Both the position numbers and the translations under genes were made by a program. This document shows positions 53,972-64,000 of a stretch of 64,000 nt of DNA, one piece after another. How positions within the stretch are numbered: the stretch's first letter is position 1; each line of letters begins with the position of its first letter. This DNA is from a virus, in IMG/VR virus record IMGVR_UViG_3300000527_000001, one strand, 5' to 3'. A model generated the notes under the pieces. It searched no databases. It was not told the DNA's origin and saw only the letters and a program-made list of their open reading frames with translations.

Positions 53972-54883
53972 TTATCCTTCAACTTCATCTGCCTCGACGT
54001 TCATTTTTACTCCGTCTGCTTTAGCTGCAATCAGGAATACATCCCAATATTTTCGTTCGTAGTACAAGTATTTTCCGCCAGTACGAGCGGACGGTTCATC
54101 TAAGCTGACAAACTCATATTTTTGCGGAGCAATCACAGCATCCGGATGTACCAGAATCATATTGATTTGCTTAGCTGCAGCATCCGGCACAGCACCGTCC
54201 GTAAAGTCGTAAAGTGTTTTCATTCGAGAAGATGGTACGCGTTTAATCATTACATCATCAAGCGAGTATACGTTACGATTGACCGTTCCGTTAGACGCGG
54301 AGCCGCTAATAATATGCAAGCGTTGCATCTCTTGAGCTTGTTTTAAAAGTTTATGAACCGCTGGGGTAACGTATAAGATACGTCCCTCTTGCGGTACTTC
54401 AGCATCGTCCATCTCAGCCATAAATTGGTCGAATACCGAGAGAACGTTTGTAGCATCTAAGGCGGTAGTGTCAACAGTTTTCCCCGCAGCCAAGTATTCA
54501 GCGTACAATTTAGAAGCCATGTATTTATCCATCTCAGGGATCTTTTGCTCATCATTAAACACTTTTGTAATGTTGGCGATTGTTAACGCCATATTCGTTT
54601 CATCCACATCTTGGGGATCTACCAAAGTGCTGAACTCACGGTCGTGTTGTAACGTTTTGGTCTCCCATTGGTTATCAGCACGACGGGTAAATTGCGTCAT
54701 TGCATCGCGATCAACGTCTTTAAATCCGCCTACCGTAATTCTCGGGATTTGAATTGTTTTAGCGCTAGTCCATCTAATGGTGTTATTGTTACGGGTATTA
54801 TAAAGTTCGAAGAAACTTAATCCTTGTGCAAATCGCTGTTGTAAAGCCTGAGCATAAAGTTCGGCATAGTTTACCGGTGCCAT
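53972..54883 (-). CDS. Major capsid protein (repeat copy)
   Basis: Identical to 2833-3744. Confidence 0.9.
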   Translation of the reverse strand: MAPVNYAELYAQALQQRFAQGLSFFELYNTRNNNTIRWTSAKTIQIPRITVGGFKDVDRDAMTQFTRRADNQWETKTLQHDREFSTLVDPQDVDETNMALTIANITKVFNDEQKIPEMDKYMASKLYAEYLAAGKTVDTTALDATNVLSVFDQFMAEMDDAEVPQEGRILYVTPAVHKLLKQAQEMQRLHIISGSASNGTVNRNVYSLDDVMIKRVPSSRMKTLYDFTDGAVPDAAAKQINMILVHPDAVIAPQKYEFVSLDEPSARTGGKYLYYERKYWDVFLIAAKADGVKMNVEADEVEG

Positions 54884-54898
54884 ACACTAACTCCCTCC

Positions 54899-55639
54899 TT
54901 AGATTTGCTTGAATATATTAATCCATTTTTCAGCTTCCGACTGAGATTGTTTTTGGTGATTGCCAGAAGAGAACTTCGGCTTCTTTTCATCTTCAGTCGG
55001 ATCACTAGCCTGTTTAAACTGTGGGTATTTTTTAAGTACTTTCTGAATAGCTTCGTCAATCGAAGTGTCTTCGTCCACAAGGTTGTTAGCTAAAACAATC
55101 ACATCTTCTAAGCTGTCGGATCTTACTCCTGCTTTCAACGCAGCAATTTGTGCCTTAAGTTTGGTGTTTTCGGTTTGGAATTCTTCCAACTGTTGTTCCA
55201 TTTTCTTAAATTGTTCGAGCTGTTTTTCTTCCCGGGATTTTTGAGCGTCTTGCCATTCACGGAATTTTTGAAGGCCTTCTTTTGCGCTTTCGAAGTCTTC
55301 AATTCCTAATTGGCGAAGAAGGTCTTCTTGAGCTTTTCGTACCTCGCGAGTTACAATTTTGTTGACCTTCCACTGAGGAATCGGTTTCTCATCATCGTCA
55401 TCGTTGCTGTCGTTCACTGGAGGATTGTTTTTCGGCGGTTTGTTGTTGCCTTCTTGTCCACCTGCAGGCAGTTCATTGCTCGGTTTGGAAGCGCCTTCAT
55501 CTGTTGGTGGTGTTTGTCCTCCGTCTCCTTGATCCTCGCCTTCACCAGCGAAGAATTGTAAATCTAAACGATAACGAAGTTCTTCCTCCCCGAGATTTGT
55601 TGCCGCTCGGTCGGCGTTTTTCAATAATACCACTTCCAC
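54899..55639 (-). CDS. Scaffolding protein (repeat copy)
   Basis: Identical to 3760-4500. Confidence 0.85.
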   Translation of the reverse strand: MEVVLLKNADRAATNLGEEELRYRLDLQFFAGEGEDQGDGGQTPPTDEGASKPSNELPAGGQEGNNKPPKNNPPVNDSNDDDDEKPIPQWKVNKIVTREVRKAQEDLLRQLGIEDFESAKEGLQKFREWQDAQKSREEKQLEQFKKMEQQLEEFQTENTKLKAQIAALKAGVRSDSLEDVIVLANNLVDEDTSIDEAIQKVLKKYPQFKQASDPTEDEKKPKFSSGNHQKQSQSEAEKWINIFKQI

Positions 55640-55878
55640 ACAACCTCCCGAATTTTAGGGTGTTCTCTCGTTCTATTTAATGCCTGAACGAGTAAGAGGC
55701 AGAATTAAAAGTCCCCCTGTTTTTAACCGAACAGGTACGGTGGTTAGTCAATTCGCAAAAAATCACACTACCGTTCAATAGGTATTATAAGACAAAACTC
55801 ACTATATGTCCACAGGAAAATTTAATTTTTTACTTAAATTTTACAATCGCTTAGCGGAGCTGTCCATATCTCTCTAGC

Positions 55879-56264
55879 ACAACCTTTACAACTGATCCTT
55901 TCATTCAAGTGCGCGAACCAAAAAACTTTTTCTGGCGACCGAGTTAACGTCCACAACAAAAAACGGAGTATCCTTAAGGATACGTAGTTTTTTGTTGTGA
56001 GGAGCGTTAACTCGCCAAACGCTTGTCGTTAGGCCTTGCGAGGCACTTGCTATAACATGATAATAATGTTGTCACGACACATCGCAAGGCGTAGTTACGG
56101 CATTTCTCACACTTGTCATTTCTATACTCCGCACAGTTATTCGCACACTTTTAAGTGAGAGTTTTTCCATTTTGTATAGTTTACATAGCTCTAGCACTCT
56201 GTCGCCTACTAGTTATGTATCTCGCACACTTTAAGTGCTAGAGACTGTCATGATAGCAATTGAC
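55879..56264. repeat. Structured non-coding element A (repeat copy)
   Basis: Identical to 4740-5125. Confidence 0.8.
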
Positions 56265-56397
56265 AAACGGATCAAAACATGTCAAAAGCCATCCTTTCAC
56301 AGACTGACTCTCCCGCTCCTTTACATATTTTAGGTTGTTTGGGCTCTTAAAAGCAGAGAGAAATTCGTATAAGCATCACCTCCTTTAAAGGTTAACC

Positions 56398-57510
56398 TCA
56401 TACAATTTGCTCCCGTTTTCTTCTCCGAGTTAGCCCAGTTTGTGCAATGAACTCTCTCATCTGTGCTTGTCGTAGCCGTACCTTTTGCTTTGCTTCCTGG
56501 ATTCCTTGCTCATCCCCGAGAGCTTCCATAACGCGGAGCTCCCGTTTTGCTTTCCGAATATCTCGCTCAAGCTTCCGTTGTTGCTGCTGTAGCTTATACA
56601 TTTTCTCGTTCTGTGATTTGGGATAGGGACGAAAACGTTGCTTGGTTATCCCCTCGATAAACGGATAAATCACATGCCTGCAATTAATCCCCAACAATCC
56701 ACCGGGATCTCCGTATGAAGTACTGCTCCATGCCGGATAGCGTGGATGAGTACCACTAAGCGAGTAAATCCTTCCTTGGTATGGTGCACATTTCGGGCGA
56801 GCACCTAAGTGGCTAGATACTTCGATCAAATCAACACCGTATTCGCTCATCCGTTGAAACTGCATCTCTCTTGCTACTCGACTAGTTGTAGAGCGTATGT
56901 TCATATTCAAGTAAGCCTCAACACTCCACTTGCGACCGGCACGGTCTTCTAGCACAGGGATACCAAACCGTGACCATTCTCGTACTGACCCACGCATTGC
57001 TTGGTCAGCAGTTTGTACCCCCGCTAGAACCTTTCCAACCGATTTGTTTACTATGTCAAGATACACTTGTTGAGATCCGCTGAGCATTGAGGTATTGACA
57101 TAATTTAACCTACTAATTGCTTGATTTTGATATGAGAGTAGAATTTCCGCTAGTGCCTGACTAGTAGTTGCCCCTGGGGCAGCCGGGAGAATACCTTCTT
57201 TAGCCGCTTGCTGAAGTTGATCTTCGTACTGGTTCATTCCCGCCTTTCCGGCTTCCTCGATCGCTTCCTTTACTTTCTCCGGGGCCATCCCTGCGTACTT
57301 AGCAATAATCTGTATATGCTCTTGTGTGAGGTTATCCAACATCGCTAACTGTTCCGCCTGCCATACTACATAACCGTCCGGAGTAAGCAAAGACTTGTTT
57401 TTACGCAAGGCCTTCGCGATATTGATTAGTATCTGTGTTTCTATCTCTTCATATATTCTCACAGTCGACTCAGCAAGACGTTCAAAATAAAGCGGGTCCA
57501 TAGCAATCAC
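56398..57510 (-). CDS. Minor capsid / head morphogenesis protein (repeat copy)
   Basis: Identical to 5259-6371. Confidence 0.9.
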   Translation of the reverse strand: MIAMDPLYFERLAESTVRIYEEIETQILINIAKALRKNKSLLTPDGYVVWQAEQLAMLDNLTQEHIQIIAKYAGMAPEKVKEAIEEAGKAGMNQYEDQLQQAAKEGILPAAPGATTSQALAEILLSYQNQAISRLNYVNTSMLSGSQQVYLDIVNKSVGKVLAGVQTADQAMRGSVREWSRFGIPVLEDRAGRKWSVEAYLNMNIRSTTSRVAREMQFQRMSEYGVDLIEVSSHLGARPKCAPYQGRIYSLSGTHPRYPAWSSTSYGDPGGLLGINCRHVIYPFIEGITKQRFRPYPKSQNEKMYKLQQQQRKLERDIRKAKRELRVMEALGDEQGIQEAKQKVRLRQAQMREFIAQTGLTRRRKREQIV

Positions 57511-57551
57511 TACCTTTATATAAAGTAGGTGAGTCTAACGGCAGTTAACGA

Positions 57552-59114
57552 TTATTCTTCTTCCGTATCTTCCCCTTCTAACTCAGGATCTTCGAGATTT
57601 TCCCCCTCAACCTGTGGATTTGTATTGCTAGAGGTTGATCCTTCTAACGGAATAGCATCCACAATGTCCAAATTGACGTTTAGTTTTTCTTCTTCAGCAA
57701 TTTCCTTCAGTAATAACTCTGCCTCTTCCTCCGTTAGTCCATGTAGTTTCATGATGGCTCTTTTACGAGATGTCAATCGGTTAGTAACAAGTTTAATTTG
57801 TTTATCGATTTCAGCATTTTGATCCTCGGCAATCGAGTCATCAAAGTAAACAGTAACCTTGTAATCATCCGGAGTCGGGAATAGCCCATAAAGGTCGGCC
57901 AAAATCTTAATGCACTCAATGAGGTCCGTAATTCCTTGCTCAATAATAATTTCATGAGATTGCTTCGACTTGAATGTTTTTGAGTTTTCGCTCACAACCT
58001 CAGTTGCCGTTTTTACTCCTTGGCCGTCAAATGTGAATGTACCGGGTGAGAATCCTATTTGAATTGCTAGTATGTTAAGCAACGCGTTAATAGCAGCAAT
58101 GTGTTCTTCAACGCGGAGCTCTACGGAGTTGTCATAGATTTTTTGATCCTCTAAGTTAGTTGCAGCATATGCCTGATAAATCTCATCATTAGTATCAAAG
58201 TACCGTACGAGGTTCCCGTTTTCGTCTGGTACTGCACGAATAGCGGTTGCAGGCACCAGTATCCGTTTTTTCCCTAGACGAAACTCTCGCTGAAAACTAT
58301 CAAACGCAATGTCTAAAGACTTCAAAGTATTCAACGCATTAGCATAAAGCGGAATTCCGAGCGGACTAGTCATATCGATATTATTTGCTATGTTCGGCTT
58401 AAAGTATACGAACAGAGGCCGCTCTAAGTTTTTGATCACAACTTCGGGCTCAAGATCGGGATAGAGTATGCTAAGATCCACTTGTACGCCAAGCTTTCCC
58501 GGAATATTGCTTTCGAATAGTTCGTTTTTAATGACATATCCATTTACTTCGGGTTCACGTAGATGAATCTCAAGATGTGTATAGTATTTGTCTCCCTTAC
58601 GAGTTTGGGATTGGAATACTCCTTCGAAAATGCCTTCGTTATCCCAGCTGATCGGTATAAAGCAGTCCGCTGTCACATAGGAGAACTTGATTTTTCCGTC
58701 CTCTACATATGGTTTGATGACCATGCCTCCGAGCCCGAACATGTACTCAAGATAATCTTGGAATTTAGAGAAAAATTTGTTTTGTTCAAATACCTCTTCC
58801 ACTAGTTTGTTGAAGTTTTGGTCCGAGACGCTAATAGAACAACGCTCGTTGAAGATTATCGAGGCCATTTCCTGTGCAACCACTTTGGCCATATTCATTG
58901 TGGCCATGTCTCGTTCACGAGTGCCATCCACAGTGTAATATTTTACGCGGTGCCACTTCGGATAGTACCCGCTATAAATAGCCTTCCACATTTCGATTTT
59001 TTGCAAAGTCTCGTTACTTATAGACAATGATCTGTGGTCTAAAATTGAGTTAAGCTCTTGAATAATGCCCACCTTGGTGAGCCACCTCCTTATTGTACTA
59101 GCGATAAAGCCCAT
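57552..59114 (-). CDS. Portal protein (repeat copy)
   Basis: Identical to 6413-7975. Confidence 0.92.
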   Translation of the reverse strand: MGFIASTIRRWLTKVGIIQELNSILDHRSLSISNETLQKIEMWKAIYSGYYPKWHRVKYYTVDGTRERDMATMNMAKVVAQEMASIIFNERCSISVSDQNFNKLVEEVFEQNKFFSKFQDYLEYMFGLGGMVIKPYVEDGKIKFSYVTADCFIPISWDNEGIFEGVFQSQTRKGDKYYTHLEIHLREPEVNGYVIKNELFESNIPGKLGVQVDLSILYPDLEPEVVIKNLERPLFVYFKPNIANNIDMTSPLGIPLYANALNTLKSLDIAFDSFQREFRLGKKRILVPATAIRAVPDENGNLVRYFDTNDEIYQAYAATNLEDQKIYDNSVELRVEEHIAAINALLNILAIQIGFSPGTFTFDGQGVKTATEVVSENSKTFKSKQSHEIIIEQGITDLIECIKILADLYGLFPTPDDYKVTVYFDDSIAEDQNAEIDKQIKLVTNRLTSRKRAIMKLHGLTEEEAELLLKEIAEEEKLNVNLDIVDAIPLEGSTSSNTNPQVEGENLEDPELEGEDTEEE

Positions 59115-59126
59115 TTTATCACCACC

Positions 59127-60608
59127 TTAAGCATTGAGCCGCAACTTAATGAGGTTGGATACAACGTAGTATTGAAACGCGTCACAAGTATGATCATCTA
59201 CTTTTACTACTTGCGGCTTTTTACCCTTCTCAAGAGACTTGCGGTCCCATTGATATTTCCGGTGTTCTTCAATAAAGATTTTGTTGTTTTCCGTATCCAA
59301 GTAGTAGAATCTTCCTTGTGCAAGTAAGTCGGTCACATAATCAATCATTGTTACCTTATCGGTCTTTGCGACCGGCATTAAGATACGCCCCCAGTCACGG
59401 TAAATTTGGTTCCGTAATGCTCCCTCAGCAGAGTCGATAACTTCGGTGTCGATTAGTACATTCGGATATTTGGCCTTCAGTTGATCAATAAATTTTTTGT
59501 AGTCCTGAGACAAATCTGACGGGGCTTTTTTGTTCACCTGGTGTTCAGGGTCATAGTAATAGGTGTCTAGCAAAATAACGTTTTGTTTTTTCGTTAATCC
59601 GAAAGCACAGTAAGCAGTAGCTGACACTTGGTGCCCGCCGTCTACTGCAATATCAATTAGTGTCAAACTATCGTCCTCTGGAATGTTTTGTAACGGCTTA
59701 AACAACTTGATATTGTAAATCAAATCACCGAGACCAATGACCTCTCCAAGGTACATCCAACGCCAATAGTCCGGGTCATTTTCACGGTAACGTTCTATTT
59801 TGCGGAGCAATTGCTCTGAAAGAAATCCTTTTTTGTCGTCGAGGTACGTCGAGTGATGTATAAAATAATCTGGATCGCTTTCCTTGTCTTTTATCCACTC
59901 GTTTATCCAAGCGTATGGATTCCGTGGAGGGTTGTATGAAAAATAAACTTTAACCTCTTTGCCGTTATCCAAATCTTGGCGAATAAACGTATCTTCTACA
60001 GTGTCAATATCCTCGACACCGTCAAACTCCGCTAACTCCTCAAACCACAGAGCCATGACATAACCCTTGGCGATTTTAGCTGATTTTAGCTTTACTGGAT
60101 CATCGCATCCATAAAAGTAGAATGCGGTTCCAGTCGGTTTGTGTATAATCTTTAACGGCGATTCACGGAAGATGAATTGATCCTGTACCTCGAGCATTAG
60201 AATTGCCCACTGTATTTGCTCATATACGGAAGTCCGTAAGTACTTAGCTACCTTCCGTAAAACGACCACATTTCCTAGCGAGTCCTCGAGAAAGTCCTTC
60301 ACTAGCTTTAGACTAATAACCGATGACTTGAAAGAGGAGCGGCCGCCCTTAGCAACGATATGACTTTTGTCAGTGGTCCACAGTGAGTAAAAGTTCTCGT
60401 TTATTAAGTCAGTGATCTTCACTATTTTAACACTGGACTTTTTATGGACCGGTTCGTCACTGCTACTATAATTGACCTTCCTTGGATCTTTGGCTTTTGT
60501 AAAGTCTACTAACAAAACACGGTCGTCTATCACCTCTATAGGCTTTAGTTTCTTGCGTTTGTGTAATGGAATTGCGGCTTTAGGGAGCGGAATGCCCACC
60601 GCTAACAC
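59127..60608 (-). CDS. terL: Terminase large subunit (repeat copy)
   Basis: Identical to 7988-9469. Confidence 0.93.
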   Translation of the reverse strand: MLAVGIPLPKAAIPLHKRKKLKPIEVIDDRVLLVDFTKAKDPRKVNYSSSDEPVHKKSSVKIVKITDLINENFYSLWTTDKSHIVAKGGRSSFKSSVISLKLVKDFLEDSLGNVVVLRKVAKYLRTSVYEQIQWAILMLEVQDQFIFRESPLKIIHKPTGTAFYFYGCDDPVKLKSAKIAKGYVMALWFEELAEFDGVEDIDTVEDTFIRQDLDNGKEVKVYFSYNPPRNPYAWINEWIKDKESDPDYFIHHSTYLDDKKGFLSEQLLRKIERYRENDPDYWRWMYLGEVIGLGDLIYNIKLFKPLQNIPEDDSLTLIDIAVDGGHQVSATAYCAFGLTKKQNVILLDTYYYDPEHQVNKKAPSDLSQDYKKFIDQLKAKYPNVLIDTEVIDSAEGALRNQIYRDWGRILMPVAKTDKVTMIDYVTDLLAQGRFYYLDTENNKIFIEEHRKYQWDRKSLEKGKKPQVVKVDDHTCDAFQYYVVSNLIKLRLNA

Positions 60609-60626
60609 CTACTTTCTGTCGAGGCC

Positions 60627-61373
60627 TCAAGATTCAGTCTCGGTTGTCTCGTTTTCGTTGGACTGTTGCTGTAATGCTTCCTTCATTTCCTTTTCGTTAG
60701 AAACAATAATTGTTTTAGTGGCATTTCCTTCATTAATCTGGCTAGCAAGTTCTGCTTTCAGCTTACGAATCTCAGTACGGATCTTTTGGATATTAGCTTG
60801 CATCTGACGTAACCGGAGTTTGCGTTCGTCATCCTGGTGCGTAAGCTCCACATACTGCTTAATAAGTGAGCGAAGCTCGGACATCGCTTTCGACTGTGCA
60901 TTCAGGAAAGCAGCTTGACGGTCCCATGGAAACTGAATCTCGTATTCAACTTCCTCCGAGTTAACGGTATTCCGTACTCGTCGAATGTGCTGAATGATTT
61001 CTTCACGGTTAGCAACGTACATAATCTTCTGAGACCGAAGGATTGTTGCGTATTGTATTTTGATTTGATCCCACAATATATCCAGCGGATCTTGTTCATC
61101 GATAAAGTCCATCGCTTCCAAAATGTCCGGCGGAATTAGTTTAGAGAACAGTCCGTGGCGTATGTTGTTGGTGTTTCCAAGCGGAGCTCCTCTGCGGTGA
61201 TGTAACTCATACGGTTGTTGCAAACGAGTCCAGTTGTAGCGGGCTCGCCATTGCTTTACCCGTTGCACAGAAACGCCGTACTTCTTTGCGATCTTTCTTA
61301 CTGCCATTCCTTTTTGGAAGTCTTTTTCGGCTAGTATCCGTTTCTCTTCTAGTGATAAATGCTCAAGGCTCAT
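60627..61373 (-). CDS. terS: Terminase small subunit (repeat copy)
   Basis: Identical to 9488-10234. Confidence 0.88.
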   Translation of the reverse strand: MSLEHLSLEEKRILAEKDFQKGMAVRKIAKKYGVSVQRVKQWRARYNWTRLQQPYELHHRRGAPLGNTNNIRHGLFSKLIPPDILEAMDFIDEQDPLDILWDQIKIQYATILRSQKIMYVANREEIIQHIRRVRNTVNSEEVEYEIQFPWDRQAAFLNAQSKAMSELRSLIKQYVELTHQDDERKLRLRQMQANIQKIRTEIRKLKAELASQINEGNATKTIIVSNEKEMKEALQQQSNENETTETES

Positions 61374-61592
61374 GACATCACCCCTTTTGTATATAATCCT
61401 CTCAGTGGGATTTGTTTATTACAAAAAAGAAAGACCACTGATTCGATCAGAGGCCTCTATAAAATAAACCCAGAAGGAGACTCGGTGGAGGAAAGCCCGC
61501 ATGTAGCAAAAAAACACTGAGCCTTCCATAGATAAATAATAAAACATTTTGAGCCATTTGTAAACAGGCTTTGTAAAAAAGTGAGCGTTTGG

Positions 61593-61854
61593 TTAATCAT
61601 TCACTGGTTCGTATGTTTCGGCAAAAATATCCGGCTTGCACGGATAAAACTCGCCCTTTATTCCTTTAACAATATAATCCCCAATATTAGCGGTCATTAC
61701 ACCTTCTAAAGTGTGGATTTTGATTATCCCTTCTTTTGGATAAGTCTCATGAGAGTAGTCCCCCAATAAACTGGTCTACTTCAAGCCAGTTGTCTCCTTT
61801 CCACTGAATCGCTTCCACAACTACCGGCTTTTTACGATAATATTTTTCCGCCAT
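61593..61854 (-). pseudogene. Frameshifted conserved phage protein (repeat copy)
   Basis: Identical to 10454-10715, same C5 run. Confidence 0.8.
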
Positions 61855-61984
61855 AGATACGCCTCTTTCATTCTGTAAACTGCCACTCCCCGGAGCTATT
61901 TCTAAAGTAGAAGAGTGAAGGTTCTCTCAGGGAACGGCAGTGGATAAAAACAAGAGTTTGGTTTCCTATTAACTGTAGCTACCT

Positions 61985-62167
61985 TTAATCCCTCTTCATA
62001 CCCAGCATAATATTTATTAAATGTTTATCTATAGAATTAATCAATATAATTTCATAGGTGCTAAAACGAGTTAGGCATTCAACACATTCCCTTCGGCGAC
62101 GAATACCTTTTGATGTGCTCCGGCTGTCGATCACTTTTGTTTTTGATTGGCAGATAGGACATTTCAT
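61985..62167 (-). CDS. NrdR-type zinc-ribbon protein (repeat copy)
   Basis: Identical to 10846-11028. Confidence 0.85.
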   Translation of the reverse strand: MKCPICQSKTKVIDSRSTSKGIRRRRECVECLTRFSTYEIILINSIDKHLINIMLGMKRD

Positions 62168-62194
62168 AATAGTTACCCCCTTAAGTAATGAATA

Positions 62195-62395
62195 TTAAAG
62201 GGCCCAAATGAGCAAAATAACTGTTGTAACAAAAAGTAGAATGTCCACAATCATTAATCCAATAAATAACCTCTGTATCCATCGTTTATAATCGCGGAGC
62301 TTAACTCCAACAAGTAATGAGCATGCAACAAAGGTTACAAGAATAACTGTCAAAGTTAAAAATAATTTTCCTACAATTTCAACTGCAGCTAACAT
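62195..62395 (-). CDS. Small membrane protein (repeat copy)
   Basis: Identical to 11056-11256. Confidence 0.65.
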   Translation of the reverse strand: MLAAVEIVGKLFLTLTVILVTFVACSLLVGVKLRDYKRWIQRLFIGLMIVDILLFVTTVILLIWAL

Positions 62396-62417
62396 AATAA
62401 CTCCTCCCACTCTTTTA

Positions 62418-62885
62418 TTAATTAGACCAGTCGGACCAATCATAATACTTTCTTGGATTTTGTTTTCGGTAAGTAAAGCGATTATCCTTCATCTGCTGAG
62501 GCCCGAAAGTCTTGTTCGTCCGGTCGGCTTTCTCTCCTCCGCCACCTTTTTTAACTCCTGGACGGTGTACTTCCTCATGATAAACTTCACACCAATCCTT
62601 TAGGCCTTTTTCTACTTGTTTTTGGGCCAGTTTTTCCACACGGTGGATTTCATCTTTCAGGCTCATGCTGTAGTCTAGCCCGTTAGGAGACATTGCTTTA
62701 TTGTAGTCTGCCGCTTGCTTTAACTGCTCCAGGTAACGAAAAGCATTTTCCTCACGGGCCCAGCACTCAGTATCAGGATCATTCCACAGGTGAAATAGTT
62801 GATTAAAAACGGTGCACTGCACGCCATTGTATTTCACGCAGGTACTGCAATATTCGGCGGCCTTTTTAAGTTTTTCTTTGCTCAT
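62418..62885 (-). CDS. Hypothetical Cys-cluster protein (repeat copy)
   Basis: Identical to 11279-11746. Confidence 0.7.
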   Translation of the reverse strand: MSKEKLKKAAEYCSTCVKYNGVQCTVFNQLFHLWNDPDTECWAREENAFRYLEQLKQAADYNKAMSPNGLDYSMSLKDEIHRVEKLAQKQVEKGLKDWCEVYHEEVHRPGVKKGGGGEKADRTNKTFGPQQMKDNRFTYRKQNPRKYYDWSDWSN

Positions 62886-63142
62886 CCGTTGCAGAGCCCC
62901 CCTTCAGTTGTTGTATAGTGGTTGATATAATTTATCTCCGCGTTTGTGAGTTTTGGTAAATCTTATATAGGAAACATTTCCTGTTTGGACGAAGGTTGTC
63001 CAGAGTGGTGTGTTTTGTTGTTTTTAATTTTAAGGCAAGACCACTAAAAATCTATACCTAAAAATCCCATTATTTAACAGTTTACCCCCATTTTATGATA
63101 TAATAGTTGTAAGTATCTATTATCAGTAGCTATTATCAGTAG

Positions 63143-63691
63143 CTATTTATTCTTTTTAATCAACTTTTTAACCTCTTTTTCTGCGGGAGTCCCGATTAAT
63201 GCCACCTTATGGGACTGCCCCCTTTTTTGTGATTCGTATATAATCCATTTCGTACCATTATAATGCTCCAACGTTGCTTCGACTTTTTCCTTACTAAAAG
63301 AAACAGCCTTGTGAATGTCCCGTTTGCTAACAGGCCGCTTCGAGTTTTTCTTCAGGTAGCGAATGATTTTGTTTTTTACTTCAACTCGCTCCTTCACAGT
63401 AAAGCCTTTTTTCTTCTTTCGTGTTTTTTTCAGGGAAAGCCTACGATTAAGCTGAGCTTGGTCCTCGTACTCGTAAATAGTCTTTCTTATCTCACGGACG
63501 GATTGTTTAACGTATTCCTGAGCTTCTTCGTCGTCCAAAAATTCTATTTGAGATTTTATTCCTTCAGTTATTAAAAAGGTTAAAAAGCGGTTACGGCTGC
63601 CGTCGAACTCAAAAATAGTTCTCAGCTCGTCCAGTTTTAAAGCTACTTCTTTAGGAACTCTTATTAATAATCGTTTAAAATTGTCGCTCAT
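63143..63691 (-). CDS. RHH plus wHTH DNA-binding protein (repeat copy)
   Basis: Identical to 12004-12552. Confidence 0.65.
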   Translation of the reverse strand: MSDNFKRLLIRVPKEVALKLDELRTIFEFDGSRNRFLTFLITEGIKSQIEFLDDEEAQEYVKQSVREIRKTIYEYEDQAQLNRRLSLKKTRKKKKGFTVKERVEVKNKIIRYLKKNSKRPVSKRDIHKAVSFSKEKVEATLEHYNGTKWIIYESQKRGQSHKVALIGTPAEKEVKKLIKKNK

Positions 63692-63756
63692 GGTTATCTC
63701 CTTTCGTATTATTTATTTCATTAGATAATTATAACATAAGGCTTTTGTTTGTCCAT

Positions 63757-64000
63757 ATAAAGTGTGCATTTTGATAGTGTCAACTTTATAATCCCACTCA
63801 CATACTCTGGTTAGAATAAAAGTGTGTATTTTAGGTAGTGACAACTTTTTGTCTCAGTTCACTTTGTTATTTGTTAAAAGTGTGCGGAGCTCGTTTGGTG
63901 CAATTACTTAACTTAGCACACTTCAGAAAATGTTGGTGAAAAAGTGAGCGAAAGAGTCAATTGCCTACATGACATGGTCTCACACTTTTTTTCATTTGAA
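63757..64000. repeat. Start of element B array (repeat copy, truncated by window edge)
   Basis: Identical to 12618-12861. Confidence 0.8.

Larger units (their letters stand above)
51140..64000. repeat. Second copy of 1-12861
   Basis: Same sequence and translations at offset 51,139. Confidence 0.98.

Overview
The window holds one complete 51,139-bp genome of a tailed phage (siphovirus-type) of Bacillales, followed by a second pass through its first 12,861 bp (51140-64000 repeats 1-12861). The minus strand carries an A118/SPP1-like morphogenesis and lysis arm: TerS, PBSX-type TerL, portal, minor head, scaffold, capsid, connectors, tail tube, chaperones, tape measure, carbohydrate-binding Dit, a 1490-aa tail spike/fibre, two holins and an amidase endolysin. 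The plus strand (13.9-38.7 kb) carries early genes behind repeated sigma-A promoter cassettes, ThyA, a RepB'-type primase/AAA helicase fusion, a nucleotide-modification cluster, a UDG-fused PolA, a Cas4-like exonuclease, a Sak4-like ATPase, an acidic SSB-like protein, VRR-NUC and an SNF2 helicase. No integrase or CI-type repressor was recognised. Two things stand out. (1) A candidate cytosine-modification pathway with three thymidylate-synthase-fold paralogues, all with the dCMP-type Asp, flanked by an NMP kinase, a dNTP pyrophosphatase and a dCMP deaminase, with no recognisable glycosyltransferase. (2) Two diverged, oppositely oriented non-coding elements (about 4.74-5.13 kb and 12.6-13.3 kb). 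They share AAGTGTGCG repeats, a GCCTTGCGA/TCGCAAGGC stem and a three-helix hairpin of about 75 nt that is conserved in shape but not in sequence. All calls come from reading motifs by eye; no searches were run.
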